Positions 31,400 through 42,795 are shown, numbered from the stretch's first letter. The stretch: 64,000 nt of DNA from Promethearchaeota archaeon (GCA_019058365.1 JAHPZE010000020.1:13714-77713); one strand, 5' to 3'. Translations and numbers: made by a program. Notes: generated by a model from the letters alone, not told the origin.

Positions 31400-34012
31400 A
31401 TGATGAAATTTGATAAATTTACCATTAAAGTTCAAGAAGCCTTAATGGCTGCAAGATCTCTAGCTCAAGAACGAGATCATCAACAAATAGAGCCAGTTCA
31501 TTTATTAGTCGCTTTAATAGACCAACAGGAAGGAATTACGACACCATTATTACAGAAATTAGGAATAAATATAAAAAGTTTATTGAGTGATTTATATAAT
31601 GAGATGGGGAGGATTCCAAAGGTAACTGGTGCAGGAGTAATTGATGTAGTATTATCACGTGAATCAGGAACATTATTTGATGTCGCTTGGAAAGAAGCTG
31701 ATATTTTAAGAGATCAATACTTAAGTACTGAACATATATTATTAGCTATGAGTACTAAAGATTCATTATCTATATTTCCAATTTTGAATAAATCTGGAAT
31801 AACTAAAGATAGGATTCTACAAGCATTAAAAACAATTAGAGGTCATCAAACAGTTACAGATCAAGATCCGGAAGGGAAATATCAAGCAATTGAAAAATAT
31901 AGTCGAAATTTAACGGATTTAGCAAGAAGAGGTAAGTTAGATCCTGTCATAGGGAGAGATGATGAAATTAGAAGAGTAATGCACATTTTATCACGAAGAA
32001 CAAAAAATAATCCTGTTTTAATTGGAGAAGCTGGAGTAGGTAAAACAGCTATAGTAGAAGGTTTAGCGCAAAGGATAGCTACTGGAGATGTTCCAGAATC
32101 TTTGAAAGAAAAGGACATTTTAGCAATGGATCTGGCAGCAATGGTTGCAGGTGCTAAATATCGAGGTGAATTTGAGGACCGGCTTAAAGCTTTTATAAAG
32201 GAAATTGAAAAAGGTTCAGGAAAATTTATCCTATTTATTGATGAGCTACATACTTTAGTCGGTGCAGGTGCTGCACAAGGAGCAATTGATGCTTCTAATA
32301 TGTTAAAACCTGCATTAGCGCGGGGTGAATTAAGAGCTGTGGGAGCAACCACTCTAGATGAATATAGGAAATATATTGAGAAAGATGCTGCATTAACAAG
32401 AAGATTCCAAACAGTCTATGTTGATGAGCCTACATTAGAGGATTCAATAGCAATTCTTAGAGGGTTAAAAGAAAAATACGAGCTTCACCATGGAGTAAGA
32501 ATTACAGATTCTGCTATAATTGCAGCAGTTACGTTATCACATAGATACATTTCTGATCGGTTCTTACCTGATAAAGCTATTGATTTAATGGATGAAGCTG
32601 CTTCGAGATTAAGAATTGAAATCGATTCAATGCCAATTGAGATTGATGAGATTGAACGAAGAATTATTCAATTAGAGATTCAAAAGGAAGCCCTTAAAAA
32701 AGAGGATGATAAATCAAGTAGAGAGCATATGAAGAAACTTGAGGAGGAATTACAGAATCTCAGAGAAGAAAATAATAAATTAAAACTTCAATGGAACAAT
32801 GAAAAAAACCTAATTGTAAAAATTAATCAGATAAAGAGAAAAATGGAAGAAACTAAAATTGAAGCCGAGAAAGCTGAAAAACGTGGAGATCTTGGAAAAG
32901 CTGCTGAATTATCGTATGGGGTACTTAATGATTTGAAAAAAAAGTTAGAAAAATTTAATAACGAACTTGGAGAAGTTCAGAAAAATAAAATCATGCTAAA
33001 ACAAGAAGTAGATGATGAAGATATTGCTAAAATAATTTCACAATGGACTGGGATACCAGTGTCCAGAATGTTAGAAGGTGAAAGGGAGAAATTATTAAAG
33101 ATGGAGCAACGATTAAAAGAAAGAATTATCGGACAAGATGAGGCATTAAACAAAATATCTAATGCAATTAGAAGAGCAAGAGCAGGAATACAAGATCCGA
33201 ATAGACCCATTGGATCCTTTATCTTCATGGGTCCAACAGGTGTAGGAAAAACAGAAACTGCAAAAGCTTTAGCAGAGTTTCTTTTTGATGATGAAAATGC
33301 TATGGTAAGAATTGATATGTCAGAATTTATGGAAAAGCATAGCGTAGCAAGGTTAATAGGCGCTCCTCCAGGTTATGTTGGTTATGATGAAGGAGGATAT
33401 TTGACGGAAGCAGTTAGAAGAAAGCCTTATTCCGTTATTTTATTTGATGAGATCGAAAAAGCTCACCTTGAAGTTTTCAATATTCTCTTACAAATTTTGG
33501 ATGATGGAAGATTAACTGATGGTCATGGTCGCACCGTTGACTTTAAAAATACAATTATTATTATGACTAGTAATGTCGGAAGTCAATACATTCTTGATTC
33601 TCGAAATGAAGATTCTAATAAAAATAGAGAAATTATTTTGAAAACTCTTAAAAATTATTTCAAACCTGAATTTCTTAATCGGATTGATGAATTTATTATT
33701 TTTGATTTCTTAAATGAAAATCAATTAAAAGAAATTATTGATATTCAAATTAGAAATTTAAATAAAATTTTAACTTCTCATAAAATCCAAATAATACTTA
33801 CAGAAACTGCAAAAAAATTCTTAAGTAAGAAAGGTTTTGACCCAGATTATGGTGCAAGACCCTTGAAACGTACTATCCAAAATTATATACAAAATCCTTT
33901 ATCTTTAAAATTATTAGAAGGAGAATTTGTTGAAGGCGACATCATTAAAATTGATGCAAATAAGACTGAGTCATTAGTATTTGAAAAAATTGGAATAATG
34001 GAGGGAACTTAA
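31400..34012 (+). CDS. clpB: AAA+ disaggregase ClpB
   Basis: Two NBDs ([16 protein letters not shown]), coiled-coil M domain, [15 protein letters not shown]. Confidence 0.97.
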   Translation: MMKFDKFTIKVQEALMAARSLAQERDHQQIEPVHLLVALIDQQEGITTPLLQKLGINIKSLLSDLYNEMGRIPKVTGAGVIDVVLSRESGTLFDVAWKEADILRDQYLSTEHILLAMSTKDSLSIFPILNKSGITKDRILQALKTIRGHQTVTDQDPEGKYQAIEKYSRNLTDLARRGKLDPVIGRDDEIRRVMHILSRRTKNNPVLIGEAGVGKTAIVEGLAQRIATGDVPESLKEKDILAMDLAAMVAGAKYRGEFEDRLKAFIKEIEKGSGKFILFIDELHTLVGAGAAQGAIDASNMLKPALARGELRAVGATTLDEYRKYIEKDAALTRRFQTVYVDEPTLEDSIAILRGLKEKYELHHGVRITDSAIIAAVTLSHRYISDRFLPDKAIDLMDEAASRLRIEIDSMPIEIDEIERRIIQLEIQKEALKKEDDKSSREHMKKLEEELQNLREENNKLKLQWNNEKNLIVKINQIKRKMEETKIEAEKAEKRGDLGKAAELSYGVLNDLKKKLEKFNNELGEVQKNKIMLKQEVDDEDIAKIISQWTGIPVSRMLEGEREKLLKMEQRLKERIIGQDEALNKISNAIRRARAGIQDPNRPIGSFIFMGPTGVGKTETAKALAEFLFDDENAMVRIDMSEFMEKHSVARLIGAPPGYVGYDEGGYLTEAVRRKPYSVILFDEIEKAHLEVFNILLQILDDGRLTDGHGRTVDFKNTIIIMTSNVGSQYILDSRNEDSNKNREIILKTLKNYFKPEFLNRIDEFIIFDFLNENQLKEIIDIQIRNLNKILTSHKIQIILTETAKKFLSKKGFDPDYGARPLKRTIQNYIQNPLSLKLLEGEFVEGDIIKIDANKTESLVFEKIGIMEGT

Positions 34013-34071
34013 TAATTGGTCTACAATTGTTTTATAATTTTAATTAAAATTAGTATATTGAGGTTATTAAA

Positions 34072-34965
34072 ATGGGGTTAAATACTAAAAATAACGTTTT
34101 GTTAAATGTTTGTCCCGAATGTGGGGGATCAATAATTCCATTGATGAATACTGGAGATATTGTATGTAACCAGTGTGGATTAGTTATTAATGAAAAAAGT
34201 GTTGATTTTTCAAATAAAGGGAGGAGAGCATATACTAATCAAGAAAAAAATAATAGAGAACAAACTGGTGCTCCAATTTCAATACTATTACCAGATATGG
34301 GATTAAGTACTGTTATAGACAGAAGTAAAATAAATAATCCTGATTTAAAAAGAGCTGCTAAATGGAATACGCGCATAACCTGGCAAAAGAGAAATTTATT
34401 AATAGCATCTACAGAATTAAAAAGAATTAGCACTAATTTGAATTTACCCAATTATGTAAGAGAGGATGGAATGCGCTTATATAAGGAAGCTTTTAAAAAA
34501 AAATTGTTACGAGGAAGATCCATCAATGCAATGGTTGCTGCGTGCTTATATTTAGCATGTAGAAGAAAACAAATTCCAAGAACACTTCAAGAAATAACAA
34601 ATGAAGCATCAGCAAATGCTAAAGATGTAAGGAGAAGTTATACCACATTAATTAGGGAATTTAATTTAAAATCTCCATCAACCGATCCCGTATCTCTTAT
34701 ACCGAGATATATAAACGAGTTAGGATTAGATTCAGAAATTGAGCAATTAACCACTAAAATTTTAAACGCCTATAATTCTAAATTTTCAATTAGTGGAAAA
34801 GACCCAAAGGGATTATGTGCTGGTGCCTTATATTTAGCTTGCAGAATTAAAAATAAAGACATTACACAACAACAAATTGTAGAATCAGTCGCGGTAACAG
34901 AAGTAACTCTTCGTTCAAGATATAAAGAACTGAAAAATAAATTAAAAATTACCGTACCCACATAA
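34072..34965 (+). CDS. tfb: Transcription initiation factor IIB (TFB) paralog
   Basis: Zn ribbon CPECGG...CNQCG, cyclin repeats LLRGRSI and GKDPKGLCAGALY, VTEVTLRSRYKEL. Confidence 0.95.
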   Translation: MGLNTKNNVLLNVCPECGGSIIPLMNTGDIVCNQCGLVINEKSVDFSNKGRRAYTNQEKNNREQTGAPISILLPDMGLSTVIDRSKINNPDLKRAAKWNTRITWQKRNLLIASTELKRISTNLNLPNYVREDGMRLYKEAFKKKLLRGRSINAMVAACLYLACRRKQIPRTLQEITNEASANAKDVRRSYTTLIREFNLKSPSTDPVSLIPRYINELGLDSEIEQLTTKILNAYNSKFSISGKDPKGLCAGALYLACRIKNKDITQQQIVESVAVTEVTLRSRYKELKNKLKITVPT

Positions 34966-35001
34966 AATTAAAAAGATTTTTTTTCCTTTTATCTGTTAAT
35001 T

Positions 35002-35394
35002 TTAAAGTATTTTATAATTTAGTAAAAATTCAATAAATAAACACGCAAATAGAATATCTAATCCTCCCAATATAACTACCGGGAAGTTCTTTTCTCCTAA
35101 AATAAAGTAAATTAATGAAATTATAAAGAATCAAGTTTTTGCAATGATACCAATCTTTATGATACCATGATTCTTTGAAATATCTAGACTTACAAAGATA
35201 TACCCAATTCAAAAAGTAAAGATTAAAAACAGATAATTATGAAGCCATATTATACCATCTGATATTGTTGTCCTAAACAAAGAAAATATTATATTTTTCA
35301 TGAAAATCGAAGTTAAAAAAAGTACTAATGTATTAATGAAGGGATATATTGCTGCAACGATGAACATATATTTACAATAAGCTCTTTTTTTCAA
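35002..35394 (-). pseudogene. 4-TM membrane protein gene with two in-frame TGA stops
   Basis: Continuous frame ...LIFTF*IGYIFVSLDISKNHGIIKIGIIAKT*FFIISLIYFILG...GGLDILFACLFIEFLLNYKIL; TGA at 35209-35211 and 35131-35133. Confidence 0.75.
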
Positions 35395-35470
35395 TTTCTT
35401 CTCACAATATCTTTTTAATGCTAATTTCAATATAATTTTAAATTATATTTTAGTATCAATATTTATATGA

Positions 35471-35494
35471 GTACTGATATTTCAATATCAATAC
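35471..35494. promoter_or_regulatory. Candidate operator upstream of fba
   Basis: GTACTGATAT-ttca-ATATCAATAC (10-4-10, one mismatch) just after TTTATAT. Confidence 0.5.
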
Positions 35495-35532
35495 AAAATT
35501 TGATTTTTAATTAAACTCAATTTTATGTAAAA

Positions 35533-36513
35533 ATGGTGTCATATAAAGAATTGGGATTGTCAAATACAAAAAGAATGTTTGAAGTCGCCCTAGAGAGAAA
35601 ATTTGCAGTTCCTGGATATAATTTTAGCAATTTAGAACAATTGCAGGCTATTATTATAGGTTGTGGCGAAACAAACTCTCCAGTAATACTTCAAAACAGT
35701 CCAGACGCAGGAGAATATGCAAATCGGGTAATGGTTAGATATTTAGTGGAGGGGGCAGTAGCGATGGCAAAGGATTTGGGTTATAATATCCCAATTACAT
35801 TACATTTGGATCATGGAAATTCATTTGAGTTAGCAAAAATCTGCATTGATACTGGTTTTTCAAGTGTCATGTTTGATGGAAGCCACTTAGAATATGAAGA
35901 AAACATTAATATTACTAAAAAAGTCGTTTCCTATGCTCACGAAAGAGAAGTAAGTGTAGAATCAGAATTGGGAGTTATTGCGGGTATTGAAGGACATGTA
36001 AAAGCGACTGAACATTTCTATACTGACCCCGATCAAGTAGAAGATTTTGTAAATAGTACTGGTTGTGATTCATTAGCAATCGCTATTGGGACTTCTCATG
36101 GTGCCTATAAATTTAAAGTAGAAAGAGAGGAAGATATCCCAGAATTACGGTTTGACATACTTCAAGAAGTTAGAAAACGTTTAGGAAAGTTTCCAATCGT
36201 TTTGCATGGTTCATCATCTATTCCCCAAAAATATGCTAACATAATTAATGAATATGGAGGTACTCTATCAAAAACATTTGGAATACCTGAAGCTCAATTA
36301 AGGAAAGCAACTCAATATGGAGTCTGTAAAATCAATATTGCCACAGATAGTCGAATGGTTTTTACAGCAATGATAAGAAAATATTTAGCAGAATATCCAG
36401 ATCAAATTGGTCCAAGAAAATATTTAGGTTTAGCTCGTCAAGAGCTTGTTGAAATGATAAAACAAAGAAATAAAGATACACTAGGATCAGCAGATCAAGC
36501 AAAATATATATAA
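35533..36513 (+). CDS. fba: Fructose-1,6-bisphosphate aldolase class II
   Basis: LHLDHG, SSVMFDGS, VESELG, AIGTSHGAYKF, VLHGSS, KINIATD. Confidence 0.95.
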   Translation: MVSYKELGLSNTKRMFEVALERKFAVPGYNFSNLEQLQAIIIGCGETNSPVILQNSPDAGEYANRVMVRYLVEGAVAMAKDLGYNIPITLHLDHGNSFELAKICIDTGFSSVMFDGSHLEYEENINITKKVVSYAHEREVSVESELGVIAGIEGHVKATEHFYTDPDQVEDFVNSTGCDSLAIAIGTSHGAYKFKVEREEDIPELRFDILQEVRKRLGKFPIVLHGSSSIPQKYANIINEYGGTLSKTFGIPEAQLRKATQYGVCKINIATDSRMVFTAMIRKYLAEYPDQIGPRKYLGLARQELVEMIKQRNKDTLGSADQAKYI

Positions 36514-36524
36514 TAATAAGAAAT

Positions 36525-36794
36525 TTACCCTTTTTCAATGACTATTCCTGTACCACCTTTAGGATATTGAAATCTGATTGCACCAGCATCACATATTTGA
36601 TAACAAGCAGCACATTCTAAACATTTCGATTGATAGTCCTCTATAATATAGATTTTCCCTTCTCTTTTTCGCCATAAATTCATAACACATATAATTAAAC
36701 AACGTTCACAGTGATTACATTTATTATAATCTATCGAAATGAAGTTACCTGTGCCTGAAATTCGTTTAGTTAAGCCTTCTATTTCTATATTCAT
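36525..36794 (-). CDS. FixX-like ferredoxin
   Basis: CNHCERCLIIC, CLECAACYQIC, FQYPKGGTG. Confidence 0.85.
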   Translation of the reverse strand: MNIEIEGLTKRISGTGNFISIDYNKCNHCERCLIICVMNLWRKREGKIYIIEDYQSKCLECAACYQICDAGAIRFQYPKGGTGIVIEKG

Positions 36795-36799
36795 TTTTA

Positions 36800-38200
36800 C
36801 TAATCACCTCTTTTCTTCTTTTTCTGTGGTAACATATCCAAAAGTTTAGGTAAAACTTTTAAAATTTTCTTAGGATCCATTAGTTTATCTAAATCATCCT
36901 CAAAAACCTTGGATAATAGAGGAAGTACATATGCCATTATAAATGGCGTCGCTTTAGGTATATATGATCTTACATGACTTATTATTTGACGCACCCTTAA
37001 AGCATGAGGTTGAGACCAATCAAAGATTCCTCCAAGAATTTCCATTATCATAGGAACAAACCATGACATTGTTTCTTTTGGACTAAATGGTAAAGCTTTC
37101 CATATATTCCATAACTCATGTCCCGCCTTAAACTCTTTTCCAATACTAGTTTTTTGCCATTTCTCATCAAATTCTTTAAGTATTGCTTTAGACACATCTC
37201 CAGATGGTATTACTTCAGAAGCTACTTCTGCTGCTACTTTTCCTGTTACCATAGCAGGATATATCCCCTCAGCCTCCAGAGGACATGGAAACCCCCCAGC
37301 ATCCCCAATTAATATAACACCATCAGCATGAGTATTATTAGGAAAATCTAACCAAGGAAGCAGGTGAGCTTGAAGTTCGCGTGGCTTAGCATCGAGTATT
37401 TTTAACAATCTTTGATAATATTTTAAATTAATAACACGATTTAAATAATATAATGGATTGCTATCCCACCAATTCATCCAGTTTCCTAATCCTTGATGAA
37501 AACCATCATTAAAAAAAACTTGATATGAAGCTGGAAAGTTTGAACCCCACCATACACCTAATGTTTCATCACCCATAATATCATCAATTTTATCCGAAGG
37601 TGCTTGAAAATCGTATTGCGGTACTAATGTAACTTGATTTTGAGCCCACTTATTTCTCAATCCAGACTTTTGTGCCACAATTGATAAGACTCCATCTGCA
37701 CCAATAACAAGTGGAGCCCTGTATTTCTCTCCTTTTTCATCAATCACACCACATACTTTTCCATCTTTCCTCAATAAATCTACAATTAATGTTGAAATCT
37801 TTAATTCAGCACCAGCATCAATAGCAAATTTAGCAATCCATGGATCAAACTCACTACGATAAACATTCATAGTAATCCATGATTTTGCGGGTTCATATGA
37901 AACGGATTCTGTCGGTCGAGCCATAATATAACCTGCCACATTATCATCATTATTTACAAAATAATTACGCGAGGCAGCTCCTGCTCTCATTGAAGGACAC
38001 TTATCAGGTGTTAAATCCTTCATCATTTCAGGGAAATCTCTAAACATGCGTGGTCCTAACCCACAACCAGAAGAATTCTTTTCACCCGGTTTACGGCCAC
38101 GTTCAAAAAATATTACTTTTAACCCTTCTTCCGCAGCAACTTTCGCTGCCATAGAGCCTCCTGGTCCAGCACCGACTATAATTAAGTCAAAAACTTTCAT
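36800..38200 (-). CDS. FixC/GGR-family FAD-dependent oxidoreductase
   Basis: GAGPGG, ERGRKPGEKN, RSEFDPW, GADG, IGDAGGF..EGI. Confidence 0.87.
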   Translation of the reverse strand: MKVFDLIIVGAGPGGSMAAKVAAEEGLKVIFFERGRKPGEKNSSGCGLGPRMFRDFPEMMKDLTPDKCPSMRAGAASRNYFVNNDDNVAGYIMARPTESVSYEPAKSWITMNVYRSEFDPWIAKFAIDAGAELKISTLIVDLLRKDGKVCGVIDEKGEKYRAPLVIGADGVLSIVAQKSGLRNKWAQNQVTLVPQYDFQAPSDKIDDIMGDETLGVWWGSNFPASYQVFFNDGFHQGLGNWMNWWDSNPLYYLNRVINLKYYQRLLKILDAKPRELQAHLLPWLDFPNNTHADGVILIGDAGGFPCPLEAEGIYPAMVTGKVAAEVASEVIPSGDVSKAILKEFDEKWQKTSIGKEFKAGHELWNIWKALPFSPKETMSWFVPMIMEILGGIFDWSQPHALRVRQIISHVRSYIPKATPFIMAYVLPLLSKVFEDDLDKLMDPKKILKVLPKLLDMLPQKKKKRGD

Positions 38201-38347
38201 TTGAATTTCCTATTTAAATTTTATTTAAAAATAATATTTATTTAATAATGCTCATCTGATATTTAAAAATTTAGTTTTCTAGATGATAATATCTTAATAG
38301 AGAGAAATATTTTAAGTAGAAAGGATTTACTTTCTTGCTTTATAAAT

Positions 38348-39811
38348 ATGAGTGAAGAAGAGATTTATCGGAAATTAGTGAAAATCTCCGGATCGAAGTT
38401 TATTTCTAAAGATCCAAAGTTATTAGAAGACTTTTCTACTGATTTGAGTTTCGTTAAAGGGAAAAAACCAAAGTATGTAGTATGGCTAAATAAAGCAAAA
38501 CAAATTGAAGATATCATAAAATTAGCAAACTCTTCAGGATTTTCAATCATTCCAGTAAGCTCTAGTTCCCCTATACGTTATCATGGAGATACAATTCCAC
38601 AAAAAGACAATTGTATTATTGTTGATTTATCTAGAATGAATAAAATCCTCAATATTGACAGAAAAAATAGAGTAATAATGGTTGAACCTGGAGTAGTATT
38701 TGGTCAATTACTTCCAATCCTTCAAAAAAAAGGTTTAAGGTTAATTCAACCTCTCTTTCCAAGAGAAGGTAAATCTGTACTAACAACTGCTCTTGAAAGA
38801 GTACCAACCACAATTCCTCGTTATCAATGGGATAGTTCAGATCCTTTATTATGTACTGAGGTCATTTTCGGAACTGGTGACCTTTTTAGAACTGGTACTG
38901 CCGCAGGTCCTGGATCTATTAAGGAACAAAAAAAGTCGGGTCAAGCTCAAATAAATCCAATGGGTCCAACACAATTCAGTCCTTACAGATTAATACAAGG
39001 TGCCCAAGGAAGCTTTGGGATAGTCACATGGGCTACTCTAAAATTAGAATTAAGACCCACAATTCAAAAATTGTTTCATCTCCAATCGGATAATCTTCAA
39101 GATTTATTAAATCTTCAACATCAATTGTTAAAATACCGATTAGGTGATGAAATATTAATTATAAATAATATTAATTTAGCATGTTTAGTTAAACAGGAAT
39201 TGGAAGATATTAAAGAGTTAAGTACCTCATTAGCCGAATGGAATTTAATCTTTATTTTAGCAGGTCGTGGTAAATTAGCAAGTGATAAAATATCTTATCA
39301 AGAGGGAGATATACAAAAAATTATTGAAGATCTAAAACTTGATCATTTGAAAAGAGTAAGTTCTATTACCGATAGTGAAATGATTTATGCTTTAAATGAA
39401 TCAACTTCATACTCTTGGCGAAAGAGATTAAAGGGTAACTTTCAAGATATTTTCTTTATCACTAGTTATGAAAAAATTCATGAATTTATCAATATTGTTC
39501 AGAATGAAATTTCTGAAGATCTTGGTATATATATTCAGGCTATAAATCAAGGAACCTCTTATCATTGTGAATTTGATCTTTATTACAATCCAAATAATAA
39601 AGTAGAGTCAAGTTTGATAAAAGAAAAGTTTTTAAAAATTAGCTTAGAATTAATGGAATCAGGAGCATTTTTCAGTCGTCCCTATGGTGTTTGGGCAAAA
39701 GAAGTTTTTAAGAGACATGAAGTCTCTACTCGAATTGCCTTAAAAAAAGTAAAAAGAATTTTTGATCCTAATAATATTTTAAATCCTGGAGTTTTATGTT
39801 TTGATGAGTAA
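38348..39811 (+). CDS. FAD-binding oxidoreductase (VAO/GlcD family)
   Basis: IIVDLSRMNKIL, VEPGV, GAQGSFGIVT, FDPNNILNPG. Confidence 0.88.
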   Translation: MSEEEIYRKLVKISGSKFISKDPKLLEDFSTDLSFVKGKKPKYVVWLNKAKQIEDIIKLANSSGFSIIPVSSSSPIRYHGDTIPQKDNCIIVDLSRMNKILNIDRKNRVIMVEPGVVFGQLLPILQKKGLRLIQPLFPREGKSVLTTALERVPTTIPRYQWDSSDPLLCTEVIFGTGDLFRTGTAAGPGSIKEQKKSGQAQINPMGPTQFSPYRLIQGAQGSFGIVTWATLKLELRPTIQKLFHLQSDNLQDLLNLQHQLLKYRLGDEILIINNINLACLVKQELEDIKELSTSLAEWNLIFILAGRGKLASDKISYQEGDIQKIIEDLKLDHLKRVSSITDSEMIYALNESTSYSWRKRLKGNFQDIFFITSYEKIHEFINIVQNEISEDLGIYIQAINQGTSYHCEFDLYYNPNNKVESSLIKEKFLKISLELMESGAFFSRPYGVWAKEVFKRHEVSTRIALKKVKRIFDPNNILNPGVLCFDE

Positions 39812-39896
39812 TAGAACTAATATAAAAAAAAATTAAATTCAATTTAAGGAAGCTTTAAATAAGAAAAATGAAATAAAAAGAGGAGTTTAAAGATTT

Positions 39897-41201
39897 TTGA
39901 ATGAACAAGAATATAAACTGATGATAAAACGATGTCTTCGGTGCTCGATATGTAAATGGATACCACAGCTACAAATAAAAAGTCAAAAATATTCTACTAT
40001 TTGTCCTTCAATAGATATGTTTAATTTTCATGCATATAGCGCTGGAGGACGTATAATTATAGCTTTAGCATTGGAAATGGGAAGAATTAAACCCTCCAAA
40101 GAATTAATGGATATCGTTTATAAATGTACTGAATGTGGAGGTTGTGCTGTCGCTTGTAAGTTTTTAAATACTTTAGAACCCCTTGAAATCATAGTTAAAC
40201 TTAGAGAAAAATTGGTTTCTTTAGGATATGGACCAATGCCAAAACAGCAACAATATATCGAATCTATTAAAAATTGTAATAATCCTTATAATGAACCTCA
40301 TGAAAAGAGGTTAGATTGGTTACCAAATGATATCAAGATTGATCCTAATGCAAAAACCTTATATTTTGTAGGATGTACCTCATCGTACAGGAGAAAAGAA
40401 ATAGCGATTGCTACTGCTCGTGTAATGAATGCTGCGAACTATCCATTTAAAATTCTTGGTGAGAATGAATATTGCTGTGGAAGTCCAATCTTGAGAACTG
40501 GAGATAAAAAGTCGTTTAATGATCAAGTACACAAAAATATTGATATTATTAAAAAAGAAGGAATAGACACTATCGTTTTTAGCTGTGCTGGCTGTTATGA
40601 TACCTTTAAACTTGAATATACTTTAGAAAAGGAGTATAATTTTAAAGTATTACATACAACGGAATTATTTAATGAATTAATAGATACTGGAAAATTAAAT
40701 CTAACAAAAGAACTACCTTTAATAGTAACCTATCATGATCCATGTCATTTAGGACGAAACTCCGAACCCCTTGTAGAATGGGACGGTGATGCATTACAAA
40801 TGATGCCTCTTATATCTATCAATATGCCTGAAAAACCAAAGAGATGTGGGGCATTTGGAATTTATGACGCTCCAAGATATTTGCTAGAAAAAATGCCTGG
40901 GCTCAAATTAATAGAAATGGAAAGAATTAGAGAATATTCCTATTGTTGTGGTGCTGGAGGAGGTGTTAAATCGGCATTTCCAGAGTTTGCTCTTAAAACT
41001 GCTATAACTCGGATTGAAGAAGCTGAAGAAACCGGAGCAGAAATAATTGCTTCTGCATGCCCTTTTTGCTCTACAAATTTGAATGATGGAATTGTTGAAA
41101 AAGGCTCTAATCTAAAGTTTTATGATATAAGTGAGTTATTATTAATAGCAATAGGATCACCAAATAAATCTATTAAAGAATCTTCGATGGAGGTTGCTTA
41201 A
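39897..41201 (+). CDS. Fe-S oxidoreductase with CCG domains (GlpC/HdrD/GlcF-like)
   Basis: CLRCSIC, CTECGGCAVAC, CCGSP, YHDPCHLGR, CCGAGGG, ACPFC. Confidence 0.9.
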   Translation: MNEQEYKLMIKRCLRCSICKWIPQLQIKSQKYSTICPSIDMFNFHAYSAGGRIIIALALEMGRIKPSKELMDIVYKCTECGGCAVACKFLNTLEPLEIIVKLREKLVSLGYGPMPKQQQYIESIKNCNNPYNEPHEKRLDWLPNDIKIDPNAKTLYFVGCTSSYRRKEIAIATARVMNAANYPFKILGENEYCCGSPILRTGDKKSFNDQVHKNIDIIKKEGIDTIVFSCAGCYDTFKLEYTLEKEYNFKVLHTTELFNELIDTGKLNLTKELPLIVTYHDPCHLGRNSEPLVEWDGDALQMMPLISINMPEKPKRCGAFGIYDAPRYLLEKMPGLKLIEMERIREYSYCCGAGGGVKSAFPEFALKTAITRIEEAEETGAEIIASACPFCSTNLNDGIVEKGSNLKFYDISELLLIAIGSPNKSIKESSMEVA

Positions 41202-42761
41202 TTGGTTTTAGAGAAAGACGCATTTAAAGAATTTCAGGACGTAGTTGGTGTAGGAAATGTCGATGATGGTGATGTTATAACTAATGTATATGCTTATAAC
41301 TGGTGTATGGAAATTTTTAATTATATGGAAAGTAAAGATCCAATTCCCTTTTCTCCAATTCCTAAAGCGGTTGTTTTACCATCAACTACCGAAGAAGTTC
41401 AACAAATAGTAAAATTATGTAATAAATACGGAATTGTATTCAAAGCTCAAAGTACGGGACTTGGTCCTTGGAATCAACCCTCTGTGGATAATTCAATAAT
41501 TATAGATCTTCGTAGAATGAATAATATTGTGAAAATTGATGAGAAAAACCTATATGCTGTAATTGAACCATATGTGAGTGGATCACAGTTACAAGTTGAA
41601 ATAATGAAATACGGACTCAATTGTCACATGCCCGGTGCAGGCCCAATGGTCTCTCCATTAGCTAGTGCAACATCTATGAATGGTCCGGGTTTTACATCTC
41701 CTTCTACAGGGCATAGTGCTAGAAACGTTTTAGCAGTTGAATGGGTATTGCCCGATGGAGAAATTATGAGATTAGGGACTTATGGTCAAAAAAACAATCC
41801 TGATTTTTTTTATGGAGATGGCCCAGGACCGAGTTTACGTGGCATTATGAGAGGTTGGGCTGGCACAAAATCAGGACTTGGAGTTTTTACTAAGGTTGCA
41901 GTAAAGTTATTTCCCTATCCATGTAGTACAGATTTTATTATTAAAGGTAATTCTCCCAATTATGATTTTGATATCCCTGATTTTATGAAATTATATGTTA
42001 TGGATTGCGGTAATTTCAAGAAACTAGAAAAAGTTATATTGAGGGTAGAAGAGGAAGAAATATCATTTATGTGCAGTTATTTATCTGGTTTTGCGGTGAT
42101 GGCTATTTTTTCTAATTCAATTGAAAGTTTAATGGATAAAATACCAATAGGTCAGATGAAAGCTCCGTTGGTTGTAATAATAACTGCTCGTACAAAGCAA
42201 GAGTTTACGTATAAACAAAAAGTAATGGACTTCTTAATTAAAAAATTCAAAATAGAAAATATTATTGGAAAAATATATACTCCTAAACCTATCTTTTATG
42301 CTGAGGCTCTCCGTTCGAATTTAGGCTTACATGGTTTTATAGCTACTGGAGGTTTTCAATCTTCTAAAGGAGTAGCAGATACAGCAGCAGTTTGTCTTCG
42401 AAGCACTAAATCAAATATTCCTTTAAAGCAGGAGTTTATCAAGAAGAAGGCAATTGCTAACGATTTTGGAGAGGGTACATGGATGACTTCTTATGAATCA
42501 GGGCATTATTTTCATATGGAATCCCCAACGATGTTTGATCAAACTGAAGAGAGTAGTGTGAAAGGAATGGCTGAATATATGGATAAGAGCAATCAATTAG
42601 ATTTATTAAAACACCTTGGTGCTCCATTCTTTGTAGAAGGCACACGCATGCATGAATTATTTGGACCTTTTATGTCTAACTATCATCTATGGCTAAGAAA
42701 AATTAAAGAAACTTTTGACCCAAATAATATATCTGATTCTGGATTTTACATTTCACCGTAA
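41202..42761 (+). CDS. FAD-binding oxidoreductase (VAO/GlcD family)
   Basis: VVLPSTTEEVQQIVKLCN, IDLRRMN, EWVLPDGE, FDPNN. Confidence 0.88.
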   Translation: MVLEKDAFKEFQDVVGVGNVDDGDVITNVYAYNWCMEIFNYMESKDPIPFSPIPKAVVLPSTTEEVQQIVKLCNKYGIVFKAQSTGLGPWNQPSVDNSIIIDLRRMNNIVKIDEKNLYAVIEPYVSGSQLQVEIMKYGLNCHMPGAGPMVSPLASATSMNGPGFTSPSTGHSARNVLAVEWVLPDGEIMRLGTYGQKNNPDFFYGDGPGPSLRGIMRGWAGTKSGLGVFTKVAVKLFPYPCSTDFIIKGNSPNYDFDIPDFMKLYVMDCGNFKKLEKVILRVEEEEISFMCSYLSGFAVMAIFSNSIESLMDKIPIGQMKAPLVVIITARTKQEFTYKQKVMDFLIKKFKIENIIGKIYTPKPIFYAEALRSNLGLHGFIATGGFQSSKGVADTAAVCLRSTKSNIPLKQEFIKKKAIANDFGEGTWMTSYESGHYFHMESPTMFDQTEESSVKGMAEYMDKSNQLDLLKHLGAPFFVEGTRMHELFGPFMSNYHLWLRKIKETFDPNNISDSGFYISP

Positions 42762-42795
42762 AAGAAATAAAAAATATTAGTTTAAGTCACACATC

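Noticed and set aside
35030-35430. Two separate ORFs (35030-35212 and 35209-35430)
   Set aside because: Better explained as one interrupted gene in the 35394-35002 frame; the 60-aa ORF is off-frame.
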